Assembly: GCF_001194135.2 (NCBI RefSeq)
Contig: NC_068983.1
Location: forward strand, 143,673,122 to 143,737,121
Source: Octopus bimaculoides
Taxonomy: Eukaryota
Reading direction: 5' to 3'
Length of the DNA stretch: 64,000 nucleotides
This document shows, one piece after another, positions 37,043 through 49,600 of this stretch (positions are counted from its first letter, which is position 1; each line of letters begins with the position of its first letter). A program made the position numbers and the translations under genes. A model generated the notes under the pieces. It saw only the letters and a list, made by a program, of their open reading frames with translations. It did not search any database and was not told where the DNA came from.

Positions 37043-39677
37043 GTAAGGCCAAAACATTGATGAAAGATCCCTTATGTTGAGTTTTTCTTTCTTTCAGTAA
37101 TTTTTCTTTGCTGTGAACTATTTATTTTTGGGCATAACTACAGGGTTTTACCCCGCAGACTTTGGGAGGTCATAACTTTCAGAAAAATGAATATTTTTTA
37201 ATGAAATTTTCTATGCATATAGTGGCATAACTACAGGGTTTTACCCCACAGACTTTGGTTATGCCTATTTTTGTTTTAGTACATATCTCTTTTTGATTTT
37301 AGTATAATTAATAATGAGAATAATCACTAGAATTTCAAGAAGGCTGGAGAAAGCAAACGCTAAAATAAATAATATAATTAGTGGTATTTTAGTGTTCCAC
37401 GAGGAGTAGGGAAGTTTAACGAAATGAAGTTTATACCTTCTCAATGACGATTATCAACACAAAACGAAGCATTTTCGATTTTCAACCCGGTTTATAGTCT
37501 TTGATTATTAGTTATAATCATTGTTCGTATGCCAACTATAATATCTTTAAAAAAAGTAATGAATGTTATATAATTGCCTCTTACGAAATCAAATCATGCC
37601 TAATTGGTTAGTTATCTCTATATTCGAAGAAAATTGTTCAAAGTTATAAAAAATAATGAGTAGAAAAAGAATAGCCAGCATGCAGGAAGTTCCCGATTGT
37701 TTCACTTTAGCTTTAAATCATACACTCACGTACGCATGTATTTGTATATCCATAATTTTTTTTTTATTATTATTATTATACAACTATAACTTCCTCCGTT
37801 GTAAACATTGAACATTTTTTTTCATCTTTACCTCACTTCTCGATTCTTCAGTTTCATTCATTTCACGTGTTTGAACTTCCAGAGGGTTCTTTTGAGATTT
37901 TGATTTGTAAACATTTGGTATTCATTTGTTTGAGTGAAACAAATCAAGACCAAGCTCCTACTATATAGATTAACAGGTGAAAGTACTTCCAAGTTAAACA
38001 TATCTTGTAATCGCTTTGGAAAATTAAATAAAAAAAATTATTAAACATAAAGCTATAGCATTATTTATATTGTATCGTTTTATATATAATAAAATATTGG
38101 TCGAATATATGCGGTTTTTCTTGCCTAGGGAAATTCCATCTCCACCACATAAATAATCAAAAGGCGGCATAAGGCAACGTATTCGTTAAATACGCATAAG
38201 ATATTGTTGAAAAACAAGTTTATATATATCCTTTATAATAATGCTATGTCTTTTATACACTTTTCGGAATTATGTATTGTATTTATAAATGTCTTTGTAA
38301 AATTTAAATGTTGCTAGAACAGCAGTCTATGAATGAGAAATTCTGGTACCTTTTGCAAGTCACCTCTCCTTCAAAATAACAGATAGTGGTTTAGATGTCT
38401 GTCATTAGTAAAGAGAAAATCGCCATGCGAATCTTTCAATTTTTAAAAAAGTTAATCGAAACCATTGTGCGTTTCCAACGTCTCAGGATTTTAGATTTTA
38501 GACATATATAGCAAAATCAATAGCCGCTGGAAACCATATAATTAATTTAATATCAAGAAGGTGACACTAAAAGAGGCTGCTCATGTTTGTAAAGCTTATC
38601 TTAAATTGCGGAAATTATGATGCCCGTGAGATAATATAACAGAAAGAGAAATGGAAAAAAACCCCATGAAAATATATTGTGAAAAAGTGACCATTTTCAC
38701 TGTAGCGAATTACCGAGAAAGAAGGTATGAATATGTCTGGGTAGCATGCATGTTAAATAAAAATTCATCGGTAATTTTTTTATTTTTTTTAGCTAATACA
38801 AATTACAAAATCTGTTTCTGCGTTGTACAATAGATATGTAAGTGCCAATGAACGAAACCCTCGGCCCTTAAGTCACCCTGTATCATCTGATATATATATA
38901 TATATATATATATATGATATGTGTGTGCAATGCGGGTCCTACTTTTGCGTATTTAAGTGTTTATATTTTGCTTTTCACAACGTGCCAGTTTGTTTTAAAC
39001 AATAATGCTTGTACACATTTTATGAAAAATCCTGTAGGTCGCAGAATCAGATGCTTTGCGGCGTTTGTTGCGATTCTTAACACTCTTGAGTTCACCACAT
39101 GGTCAAGTGTCTTTTACTATAACTTCGGGCGACGGGCCGATTAAAGTTGTGAGTGGATTTGGTTGACAGAAACTGAAAAAAGCCCGTCCACCTATATATA
39201 TATAGGCGGAAAGAAATTCATAAATTATTTTTTTACTTGAGTGTAATGGAAAATAGTTTGAAAAAACAAGTTTTAGATTCATTTATTTTTCGTTTGAGTA
39301 TTAGAAAAAGGTTTTTAAAAAATCCCATGTATTGTGGTGAGAGAAACAAATTCATAAATACGGTGTTGAATATGGTTTCACTATGGAAAAAAAAGTAAAG
39401 GGCTATTTAGCTGTTGTCCTCAGTGTGCTTAAATTGCGCTGAATATCCAATAGGATTGCTCGGTTTGGCTCATTCCTGAAAGGTGTTCATTTTCGAAGAC
39501 TAATTTCTTTCTCTTTATAATCGGTTCGTTGGCACAAATTTTTGTTCTCCTTATTCGTTTAATGTACATATTTTTTTTACACCTATGACACTTTTTTTTT
39601 TTTTAGTGGTGGCCGGATGTTAAAGTAAACATTAACCAGGTACTACTAAAGCAGCGCGGACCCGAACGCGCAGTCCC

Positions 39678-39805
39678 GCGTCCGCGCTAGCTAGTCGTGA
39701 GTGGTCGATCCTAACCCTAACCCTAAACACGTATTCATTTGCACACGCGGGTTAGGGTTAGGGTTAGGATCGACCACTCAAGACTAGCTTAGCTAGCGCG
39801 GACGC
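39678..39805. repeat. GC-rich hairpin with telomeric repeats in both arms
   Basis: Arms 39678-39726 and 39752-39805; (CCCTAA)~3 faces (TTAGGG)~3; adjacent to a gap. Confidence 0.9.
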
Positions 39806-40669
39806 ACNNNNNNNNNNNNNNNNNNNNNNNNNNNNNNNNNNNNNNNNNNNNNNNNNNNNNNNNNNNNNNNNNNNNNNNNNNNNNNNNNNNNNNNNNNNNN
39901 NNNNNNNNNNNNNNNNNNNNNNNNNNNNNNNNNNNNNNNNNNNNNNNNNNNNNNNNNNNNNNNNNNNNNNNNNNNNNNNNNNNNNNNNNNNNNNNNNNNN
40001 NNNNNNNNNNNNNNNNNNNNNNNNNNNNNNNNNNNNNNNNNNNNNNNNNNNTATTGATGTTTTCGTTTTTAACTTTTCCAAATTATTTTGTCTGAGTTGT
40101 TTTAAACAGATTACTTTCTGAAGGGAAAATATCCACGTATTCAATTTTTAAAACAACTAACGAATTATAGGACTCACTGTGTATTTCATAATGTATATTT
40201 TTCTTTAAAAAGTGACCTTTTGAGTTTTGTTTTGAATTTCGACAATTCAGAACGTGTAGAGGGAATTTTTTTTTTGAAATTTCAAGTTTCATTTTGTAGA
40301 TACATATGTGTGTATCAGTAAGTATATGTGCGAGCCCTTTTTTTTTTTTTTTCATAATAAGTTCCTATATAATCGTAATCTACACTATCTGAAATGTATT
40401 TGTAGAAAATTTCTTTAAAAAATCCAATTTCTCTGAATGTTATGAGGAAACAACGGCGACTTACGTGAATTTTCTGAATCTCCTCTCCCCACTCTCAGAA
40501 AAAAAAAAAACCTTTTCGTAACAAATTCTGTTATAATCGGAATCTATACCATCTGAAGCTTATTTGTAGAAAATTTCATTTAAAAATATCCATTTTTGTG
40601 AAACTTATGGGGAAACAAACCTGGTGGGGGCACACTTGTGTAGGTATGCTTCTTCTAAGAGTGGAAATA

Positions 40670-41612
40670 CAGGGTGTGGCAAAGGAGATAGACGTTTTTG
40701 AAAAATTCACAAAATCGTTAATTTTAGCTGCAAACAAATTTTATTAGCATTTTTGAAATCAAGTGTGGAAAACAACATCCATCATGTGGTGTCTGTTTTC
40801 ATTGATGCATTTCTGAAGGCGTTCTTGGAAGTTGGCCTCCACTCTCTCCAGCATTGCTCTGTTGATTTGGGTAACTTCCACGTGAATAGCTTCCTTCAAA
40901 TCATCCAATGTATAGGGCTTAAGCACATACACATGTACCTTGAGGTTTCCCCACAAGAAATAATCACATCTGGGTAAATTGGGACCGAGGGGCCAAGGAA
41001 TGTCAGCAAACCTGGAAATGAGGCAGTCGCCGAAGAGAGGGCAAAGAACGTCCATTGATGCTCTGGCTGTGTGGGCCGTCGCCCTATCCTGCTGAAGCCA
41101 CACACGTTGAATAGGCATACGTTTTTGTCGTAATTCAGACACAAAGATGTTGTTTATCATCTCTATGTAACCCTTGGAATTCACAGTAACAGCATTTCCG
41201 TTACTGTCTTCAAAAAAGTAAGGACCAATGACGGCAGCTTTTCCAACAGCACACCAAACTGTCACTTTTGGACTGTGCAGTGGTCTTTTGTGCAGTTCTC
41301 TTGGATTTTCAAGAGCCCAATAACAACAGTTCTGTTGATACACCATGTCATTGAGATGAAAATGAGGTTGTCATTTGTCTAAAAGATTGCTTCCATCTGA
41401 TGTGCAAAGTTAAGCTGCTGTGCATAGTCCCATAGTTTCAACTGTTGCCCAATGACTAATTTGTATGGGTGGAAATGCAGGCCTTCATGAAAAATATACC
41501 TTACTGATCGATTACTGATACCAAGTTCAGTGGAATGCCTCCGAGCAAAGCGATTTGAACTCTATATCAAAGTTTGTCTGATACGTTCCACAATTCCCGG
41601 GGTCCATACTGC
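40670..41612 (-). mobile_element. Decayed Tc1/mariner transposase, rosa (DD41D)-like
   Basis: TA+CAGGGTG terminus at 40668-40676; HFHLNDMVYQQNCCYWALENP, WLQQD...CDYFLWG with ~40 aa between the Asp residues; HFHPYKL; frameshifts; second TIR not found. Confidence 0.85.
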
Positions 41613-42399
41613 TCATGATGATGATGAAGCAACAAGAAACCAATTGCCTCTTTAATGGAATGCATGGGAGTATGATTCATTCATATCTACAGCTGAAATT
41701 CATAATCAAAAGAATAGGAGACCCTACTGGTCTCCTATTCATTAGTGTACCTCTTGTACGAAGTGCATTCACCCAACATAAGATTGTGTTATGGGTGGGA
41801 ATAGCCTGCTTTCGGTGAATGTTGAAGTGGCTCAAAACTTATGCTGAACTACTGTGACGAACTTGTTTTTCTTCACATAACTGTTATAGGCAAACACGCA
41901 ATGCTCTATTGTCCACAGCATCATGGCTTCACCTCAAAGTTGCTGGCCTTGTGCATAATTACAAATTATTATTGAATGCACCTGCTTGTACATATTTTTT
42001 GTAAAAAAAAAAAATTATTTTTCAGATTTTTAATTTAATGTTCTTTGAAGTATTTATTCCTCTTTTTAACCCAGATTTTATTAACATAACAGTAAGCATT
42101 TTGCGTTCTATTTTATTTCTTAGATTTTACTATATTCATGCTGTTGAATACCCTTTTCAACATTCAAGTGAATGTCCTCTTAATTTCAGCTTTCAAATTT
42201 ATTGAGCTAGCAAAAGAGGAGTACTGTTGCACAGGCCAGGCAGCGAAAGTCAGTGCATAAGGGTTTGTTGTAGGCTCCGTGTGTGAAATATAAGGTCAGC
42301 ACAACATTTGAAAAAGAAGAGTGATGATGAAATGCCTGTCAGAGACAACTGAAAAGAGCTTGAAGTGGTTATAGGTAAAGAGAAATAATAACAGGAGCA

Positions 42400-42750
42400 G
42401 AAAAAGGATACTGCAAACTGCTAAACAGAGAATTGTAGGAGGGTAGATCCACCATGCAAATTCTTTTGGTAGTCTTTGTTGCCAGGTGTTCAGGGAAATA
42501 AGATTATCCAAAGTTTCTATATTCAGCCTCCACCAAAGGTAGCATTTTAGAAATCATAGGAGGACACCTGGGAGTCCTTCATGACCTAGGTGGAGAGTCT
42601 CTCCAAGAATGTCAGGAACAAATGGGTTGAAAAACTTGCTTAACAGGAGTTCTTCCTACTGTCCACTTACCCTGCAGTAAGCTTCCAATTATTCCAGTAA
42701 CTTCTTTGAATGGTTCTGATTCAGATGGCTGCACATTCCCATGTCAGAAT
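42400..42750 (-). mobile_element. Highly decayed CR1/L2-group LINE 3' fragment
   Basis: Remnant RTIQR...SYFPE...TWQQRLPKEF peptides across frameshifts. Confidence 0.35.
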
Positions 42751-45230
42751 GCTTCAGTTACATTGTCATTTTCTATTATCATTTAATATCTATTTTCCAT
42801 GCTGGTATGAGAGTTGAGTGAATCTTTTGATTATGAATTTCAGCTGTAGATATGAATGAATCATACTCCCATGCATTCCATTAAAGAGGCAATTGGTTTC
42901 TTGTTGCTTCATCATCATCATTAGCATCATTTTGTGGCCATTTTCCATGCTGGCATGGGTTGGACAGTTTGACAGGAGCTGGCAACTCAGCCAATGATAA
43001 AGAAAACCACTTGTATATCTCAGAGATTAGGAATTTTAGATTTCTTGAAAGAGAACCTGATGATACACATGAAACTGCTAATTGAAGAGAGTGGAGACAT
43101 CTCATTAAGATAAGTAATGCAGTCTTGAGTTTCTGATAAATCATTTTGCCATTTGGTACTTTTCAATTTGCACACTTCAAGTAGTGCAGAACAATAAGTT
43201 GTAGCTATTTCTTCTATATTTTGGGTGAAGTAAATTATTACAGTAATATTTAGGAATGAGAATGTCAATCATCTATGAAGTCTTTTTCCAAATGAGGGTT
43301 CAACACATTCTTTATAATTATGAAACGTCTATTTGTATGCAATTTCAATTGTGAGATTGCTTTACTAATATAAATTGCTTTGTTAAGCAGGTCTGTTACC
43401 AGTCACAGTTCATTATATTAGAATGACAAGCCATAAACAATGCAAATTCTCCTTCTAAAAGCTAGATACTCCATCAGTCTTTCTTTACTAAACTGTGTTG
43501 CCTTAAACAATGGAGATGTATTCTTTCAACTAGTCTTTAATAAATTCACAGTCTTTCACTTGTTAAGGTGCTGTTGTGGTTCTCAACTTCATGGTTACAG
43601 TTTCATTGCCACTGCATGGCACCTTATGCAAGTGTCTTCTATTGTAGCTCCAGGCTGACCAAATCCTTGTGATTAAATTTAGTTGACAGAAACTAGAAGA
43701 AAGCTGTTGTGTAAATATGTGTGTGCGAGTGAGTGGAGATATGTGTGCATGAGAATTGTAAATGGGTGTCACCATCATAGATTGATATCCTTTATTTCCA
43801 ATCTTTGTGTGGCTGTAGGGAAATATTACTTGTCTTGGAAGCAGGCGAGAGTTGACAACAGGAAAGGCATCCTGTTATAGGAAATCTATCTACCATGACA
43901 CATTCCATCTGATCCATGCAGGCATGGAAAAGGGGGACATTATAGTGTTGATGGTGATCTCTTTTGAACTGTTGTTTGTATTTTTTACTCTTGACACTAA
44001 GAACTAGAGGAATTGAAAATTTTAAATTTTGTTAGATATGATGCACAATGTACAAGTATTGTAATAATTAGTGAGTGACAATTAATTGTCCGAAACACCC
44101 GAATATATAAAGAAACTGTATGAAACCTGTGGCACACTTGTAATGAAGTTTGTTGTGCATTTACATGTATAAACTTTTGAGTCATTTGAGTCCCTTTTCC
44201 ATACTGCATGGTTGGACAGTTTCTTGTGGCCCAAGTCAGCTACTGCTTTCTTTGACAAATCAGAGATGGAATCTCACTTTAACATTCCACTTTTGTATAG
44301 TTTCTACAGTTGGTTGCCATTCCTATTACCAGCCATTCTTGCAGATTGTATTAGGTGCATTTTATTGTGACCCTGGCATTAGTAAGAGGTTGCCATGGCT
44401 TTTTTGTTGCTAAAATGTCTTTTCTATTTTGTTTGCATTTCATGGTGGCAACAACACTGGAGGGGCTGCCCTGTTCCCTGTATGATTTAGAGAGTCCTCT
44501 TTACTCTCTGCTGTCTCTTTTCTTTCAAGGCAAACATGGTTGAGAGCTTGACAAGAAAGAGAGTGAAAAAGGAGAGTATAAATATGAGCATTCTGATGTG
44601 TGAGTGTAAAAACAGTGTGATGGAATGAAGGGGAGAAACCAAAGGCTACGTATAGGTTTTTAGTAGAAGCTTGAAGTAAGAAAAAAAAAAAGAAACAAAA
44701 AAAAATGCAGGTTGAGCTTATTTTGAGGGTAGTAAAAAATGTGTCATGGTAAGAGAGAAAGCAAATGATGAATATCAACAGAGGTGGTTGATTACTAAAT
44801 TGGTTGGGGAAGAGGTAATATAAGAGTGAAAGCTTCACTGGTTGTTAGTGGGGTAAATAGGATGGATTGAGTACAACAGATAAGATGTCAACCTTTTTTA
44901 AACAGGTGTGATACAGTAAGTGGTTACAGGAGAAAGGCTAATGAATATACTGGAGTATACTGAGTCATAAGCTCAGTAATACATACATACACACACATAT
45001 ATATATAATGCCAAACCAGCAGGGGGACACTGCTGACCTCCCCTGTTCGAAGGTTATAAAGGACACAGGTTTCGTGTGTCACATAGCTAGCTAGAGGCGA
45101 TGGCTTCTTGGAGCTAATTCACGGCAGCTTTCGTCCTAATTTTGGGACTGCCATGTTGGCTTGGCGATAACTATTAATTTCCAGTACCGCTGCCGTAGTC
45201 TCCTTTAGAGAGACTTAGAAATATTAATAA

Positions 45231-45265
<35 letters not shown>

Positions 45266-46274
45266 CCGAAGCCTGCACCAGACATCTGTGACTCTCATGG
45301 CATGATTTTAACAGCTGGATGGCCTTCCTAATACCGACTACTCAGCAGAGTGGACTTCATGCTTTTTATGATGCACAAGTACAGGCGAGATGAGTAGTGC
45401 ATTTTATGTGGTACAAGCACAAGCGAGGTCAGTTTTGTCAAGGTTTTTACAACTGGTTGCCCTTCCGAACACCAACCACTTTACAGTCATCTCTTTTTTA
45501 AAGTTCATATTCTTGAGGCTAGTCTTCACTAATTTATCCCATGTCTCTCCAGGTTTCCCTTTTCCACAGCTTCCACCCGCTTCAAGTATTTCACTTCTGG
45601 TGGTGAAAAACACTTGTGGTAGTGTCACATAAAAGTACTTGTGTGGTGCCATGTAAAAGTGCCTGTGCAGTGCCACATAAAAGCACCCAGCACACTCTAA
45701 AGTGGTTGGCATTAAGAAGGGCATCTAGCTGTAGGAACCATGCCAAATCAGACAAGTCTGGTGCAGCTTACCAGCTCCAAACTGTCCAATCCATGCCAGC
45801 ATGGACAACGGATGTTAAATGATGATGATGATGATAACTGACATCCTTCAATGTTAGCTGCGATTCGGATTGCTAAAGTTAAAAGTTGAACTCTAATACA
45901 TATAATTTCAATTATAGGTAAAAAGGGAATTAAAAATGAGGGGGTACCTGAGGGTAAGAGGGATGTAAGTGATGACTATCTATTATTATGGTAGGAGGAT
46001 ATAATTAATCTAAATCATAAGGGGAAAGAAAGAGAAAAAGATGTCTTGTAATTCTGAAAACATGGAATTAAACCTAAGAGATTAAAATTGATGCCTGTTT
46101 TCTAATGCAGTCTTCTCTCTTACATAATACATCTGATTCTTCTTATATCATGCTTTTCTCTTAGCTCATTTGTTCTTCATTTTTCATGCACACTTACATG
46201 ACTTGTTTTGTAGTTGTTATATTAGGAATATGACATTAGTTCTATTTTTTCCTCATATAAAGTTAAACTGTATT

Positions 46275-46570
46275 CCATCCAAGTTAATTCTGTTCCTCAT
46301 CAAATGTGCAATAACACTGTAAATTTCATGACGTTGTCCAATAATTTGAAACCTCTAGTTAACTCTCTCTAGTACATCTCTTGCTCTTTGTAGCAGTTGA
46401 TGATTATAGTTACACTCGTCAGTGGGTATGACACCACCCTGTACTGCCTGATTGACTATTTGGGTAACTAGCACATGCTTTCTTTCACCAGATATTTAAG
46501 TAACTTTAATCGAAAGACAAGCTGCTTTCCCTACTTTGCAGCCATACTGCTGTCAGCTTTAATTGCTGGT
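46275..46570 (-). mobile_element. RTE-clade LINE RT N-terminal fragment
   Basis: Similar to 33210-33390 and 17900-18190 in reverse orientation. Confidence 0.6.
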
Positions 46571-46602
46571 CCTTCTGTTGGGTCTATACGGGGGTAAGGT
46601 CA

Positions 46603-46603
46603 G

Positions 46604-46677
<74 letters not shown>
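46603..46677. repeat. (CT)n microsatellite
   Basis: Directly visible. Other (CT)n/(AT)n/(AC)n tracts at ~210-360, 6750-6795, 7340-7390, 31760-31785, 45233-45262, 51636-51665, 53745-53785. Confidence 0.95.
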
Positions 46678-46679
<2 letters not shown>

Positions 46680-49600
46680 GCATTTTCCATATTCAACAGC
46701 CTCTTGTAGTAAGTGGCATTTCAATACTTCTTTCTTTTTGACATCAGTAAATAAGTGTGCCATCATCATTCCATACACTGTTCTCCCCAACTACACCCTG
46801 ATTCTTTCTAGTACACTGTTTTGCAATCTGGAACATGTTATACTGCTGATCCATATATTGCAGAGATGTACAAAGTTTTCTACCTGCTCTTCTCTTGCTT
46901 AAATATACAGCTATGATATAATCAATAGCTAGGTCAGTGACCCTCAAAGCTTACCAACTTGTTCAAAAAACTTAAAATATTTCAGATAAATTATTTTATT
47001 CCAATAATTGTTTATTTTTTTTAGTTATTCAGAACATCATCATCATCGCTTAACATCCGTTTTCCATTCTGGCATGAGTTGGACGGTTTGACTGGGGTCT
47101 GGCAAGCCAGGAGGCTACACCAGGCTTCAATCTGATCTGACAGTATTTCTACAGCTGGGTGCCCTTCCTAATGCCAACCACTCTGAGAGTGTAGTGGGTG
47201 CTTTTTTACATGCCACCGGTACACGAGCCAGACAGTGTGAGGAGGCTGGCATCGACCATGTTTGGATGGTGCTTTTTACGTGCCACCGGCATGGGAGCCA
47301 ATCGGGGTGAGGTGGCTGGCATCGATCATATTCAGATGGTGCTTTTTACGTGCCATTGGCATGGAGAGCCAGTCAGGCAGCACTGGCAACGACTGATGCA
47401 TGAATGGTGTTTATTGCATACCACCAGCATGGGAGCCAGTCAGGTGGCACTGGCATTAGCCATAACTACAATTTCCATTTGATTGTGGTTTGATTTGATT
47501 TTGATGTACTTGATTCAATAGGGTCTCCTCAAGCGAATTAAAAAAAAAAATTGTGTGCATAGAAAGTATTCTTGTATCTCTTTCTTTTGTTATTGTTTTT
47601 GTCTGTTCAAATCTATACTAATTACCTGTAACTTTTAGTTACGTCTCGATAGACAACCAAACAGGGGTCTTTTTTTAAGTAATGACTCAACTACCAGAAA
47701 TCAAAGCCAAACAACCCTCAAACCATACCTTACTATCTTAAAGGGAAGAGGGTATATGTATCTAAGGTATTATAGTTTTGGATACATAATTTCTTAAACA
47801 AGAGATTAGATGATCATTTCTAGAGTACCTTGTGATCATAGGTATACTCATTCAGGGGTGAATTGGTGAACAACAGTAACATCAGCAGATCACTAATATG
47901 TAGAAAGAAAGAATCATCATTTGAGATTACCAAGGTAGTTGATTGATGCAGGTTTTGTGTTCAGATTCTGATGGATCAATTTTGTCCATCTTTCCAGAGT
48001 TGATGAAATAAGTACCATATTATCATTCAATTATCTATGATCTGGAAAGATTTAGAAATCAAACAAATGTCAGTAATGTTTAAGAAATTCTTTGCATATG
48101 TGAAGATCTTGATAACTTTTTCATTTTGAGGCCATATTGAATTTAAAGGGAATGGTTGGAATTGTTAAGGATGTGGCATGTGTGAATTCAAAGACCACAT
48201 CTTCTGCATTGTCACAATGTTTCTTTAACTGCCATGTAAGTAATTTATGTGGTATGCCTATGACTTTGTCATATTTCTGTTTCATGTTACAGAAATTTCT
48301 CAGCAAGAGGCCATGTTTATTGTAAATAAATATTTAAACTCATACCTATATTCTTTATCGTTGGTTGTTTACAATATATTTTGTTGGAATGAATGGAGAA
48401 GGATAGAGAAAAATGCATTGCTGTATTCTCAATTCTCTTTTAGAACACACTTTGATCTAAGGTAAGAATATACTATATCATCTGTTAATATTGCTCCTTA
48501 TTTAGTGGCAATACATTTGACAAAATATGAATAAACAAACTCTAGCAAGAAAATATCTTGTGAAGATTGTTTTCGTCCAAATTTCATTCATTGAATGAGG
48601 TCATTGACGTCATAAAAAGAGAACAACAAAACACAAACACTTACTATATAGACTGACATGAGTCTAAGTAGCATATCTACCTCTTCATACTGGCAGTTGT
48701 TTTTTTGTTCTCTTTCACTTTCTTATTGCTTCTTTCTCTTTTGTTTTTACTCTTCAGTAGTTTTTACTCTTCTGCCTCTTTATACTGGTAGATATTTTTA
48801 TCCCTCTCATTCTCTTATTCTATCTCTTTCTCTTTTGTTTTCTTGCCGTTTTGAACGCTGNNNNNNNNNNTTTTAAAAACATAAGCAGTGTTTAGTAATT
48901 CATTGTACAGAATTTGCCAATCAATGTTTTCAGGAAATAAACAGTCCTGTAAATATGTCTTTTTTTTTTTTTTTTAAATGTATTCATACTAGCAATCTTG
49001 TTTATTGGCTCCCGACCCAATATGATGCTTTTGTTATGTTTAACTTGAAATTTCAGGAAGAGTTTGTAACTGCTCTGATAAGCTCTGCTTCAGTGGACCA
49101 TTTTCAGCCATATTCATCCTATCTTCATTCATAGATGCTATATTGAATTAGTTGAATGATCAAGTCAAAATTTCATTTATTTAACATATTGGCTTGATTT
49201 TGAATAGACAGAGGATGGAAATCTGATATTATGTCTTTATATGTGGTTGGCTTAAAACTGAAACAAGGACATATGGCTTACCTTTTGTTTTATGTCAATT
49301 CAGTTGATTGTTCTTTCTTCCTCACCTCCCTTACTCTATCTCATAAAAAAAAAGACTGACTTTTTGTTGTGCCAAATGAAATGTTGTACCTCATGGTACA
49401 TGTCAAGGGTTGGTAAATGTTTGGTTTGAGAATTTGGTAACTGTTAACTTGGTTATGCATTGTTCTTACTATATTTCCAGTACACCATCAGATTTCTATT
49501 TATAGAAGTAATTTTTTTCTTGGAAATGTTTGTTATAATTAGCAAAATGCATAAGGAACTCTATAATTTTATATCATTGATTAATTAATGTGCTAAACTA

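Noticed and set aside
37131-37258. 35-bp direct repeat pair (CRISPR-like spacing)
   Set aside because: Only two copies, within a MITE-family fragment in a eukaryotic intron.
39705-39770. CTAACCCTAA as a telomerase RNA template, or a telomere fusion site
   Set aside because: The repeats are paired within a DNA palindrome, no pseudoknot or H/ACA context is visible, and the orientation is opposite to an end-to-end fusion.
43057-43136. TGATGA...CTGA 79 nt apart (C/D snoRNA), also CTGATGA...GAAA (hammerhead)
   Set aside because: No terminal stem, no C'/D' boxes, no convincing rRNA guide; no stem II or stem I for a hammerhead.
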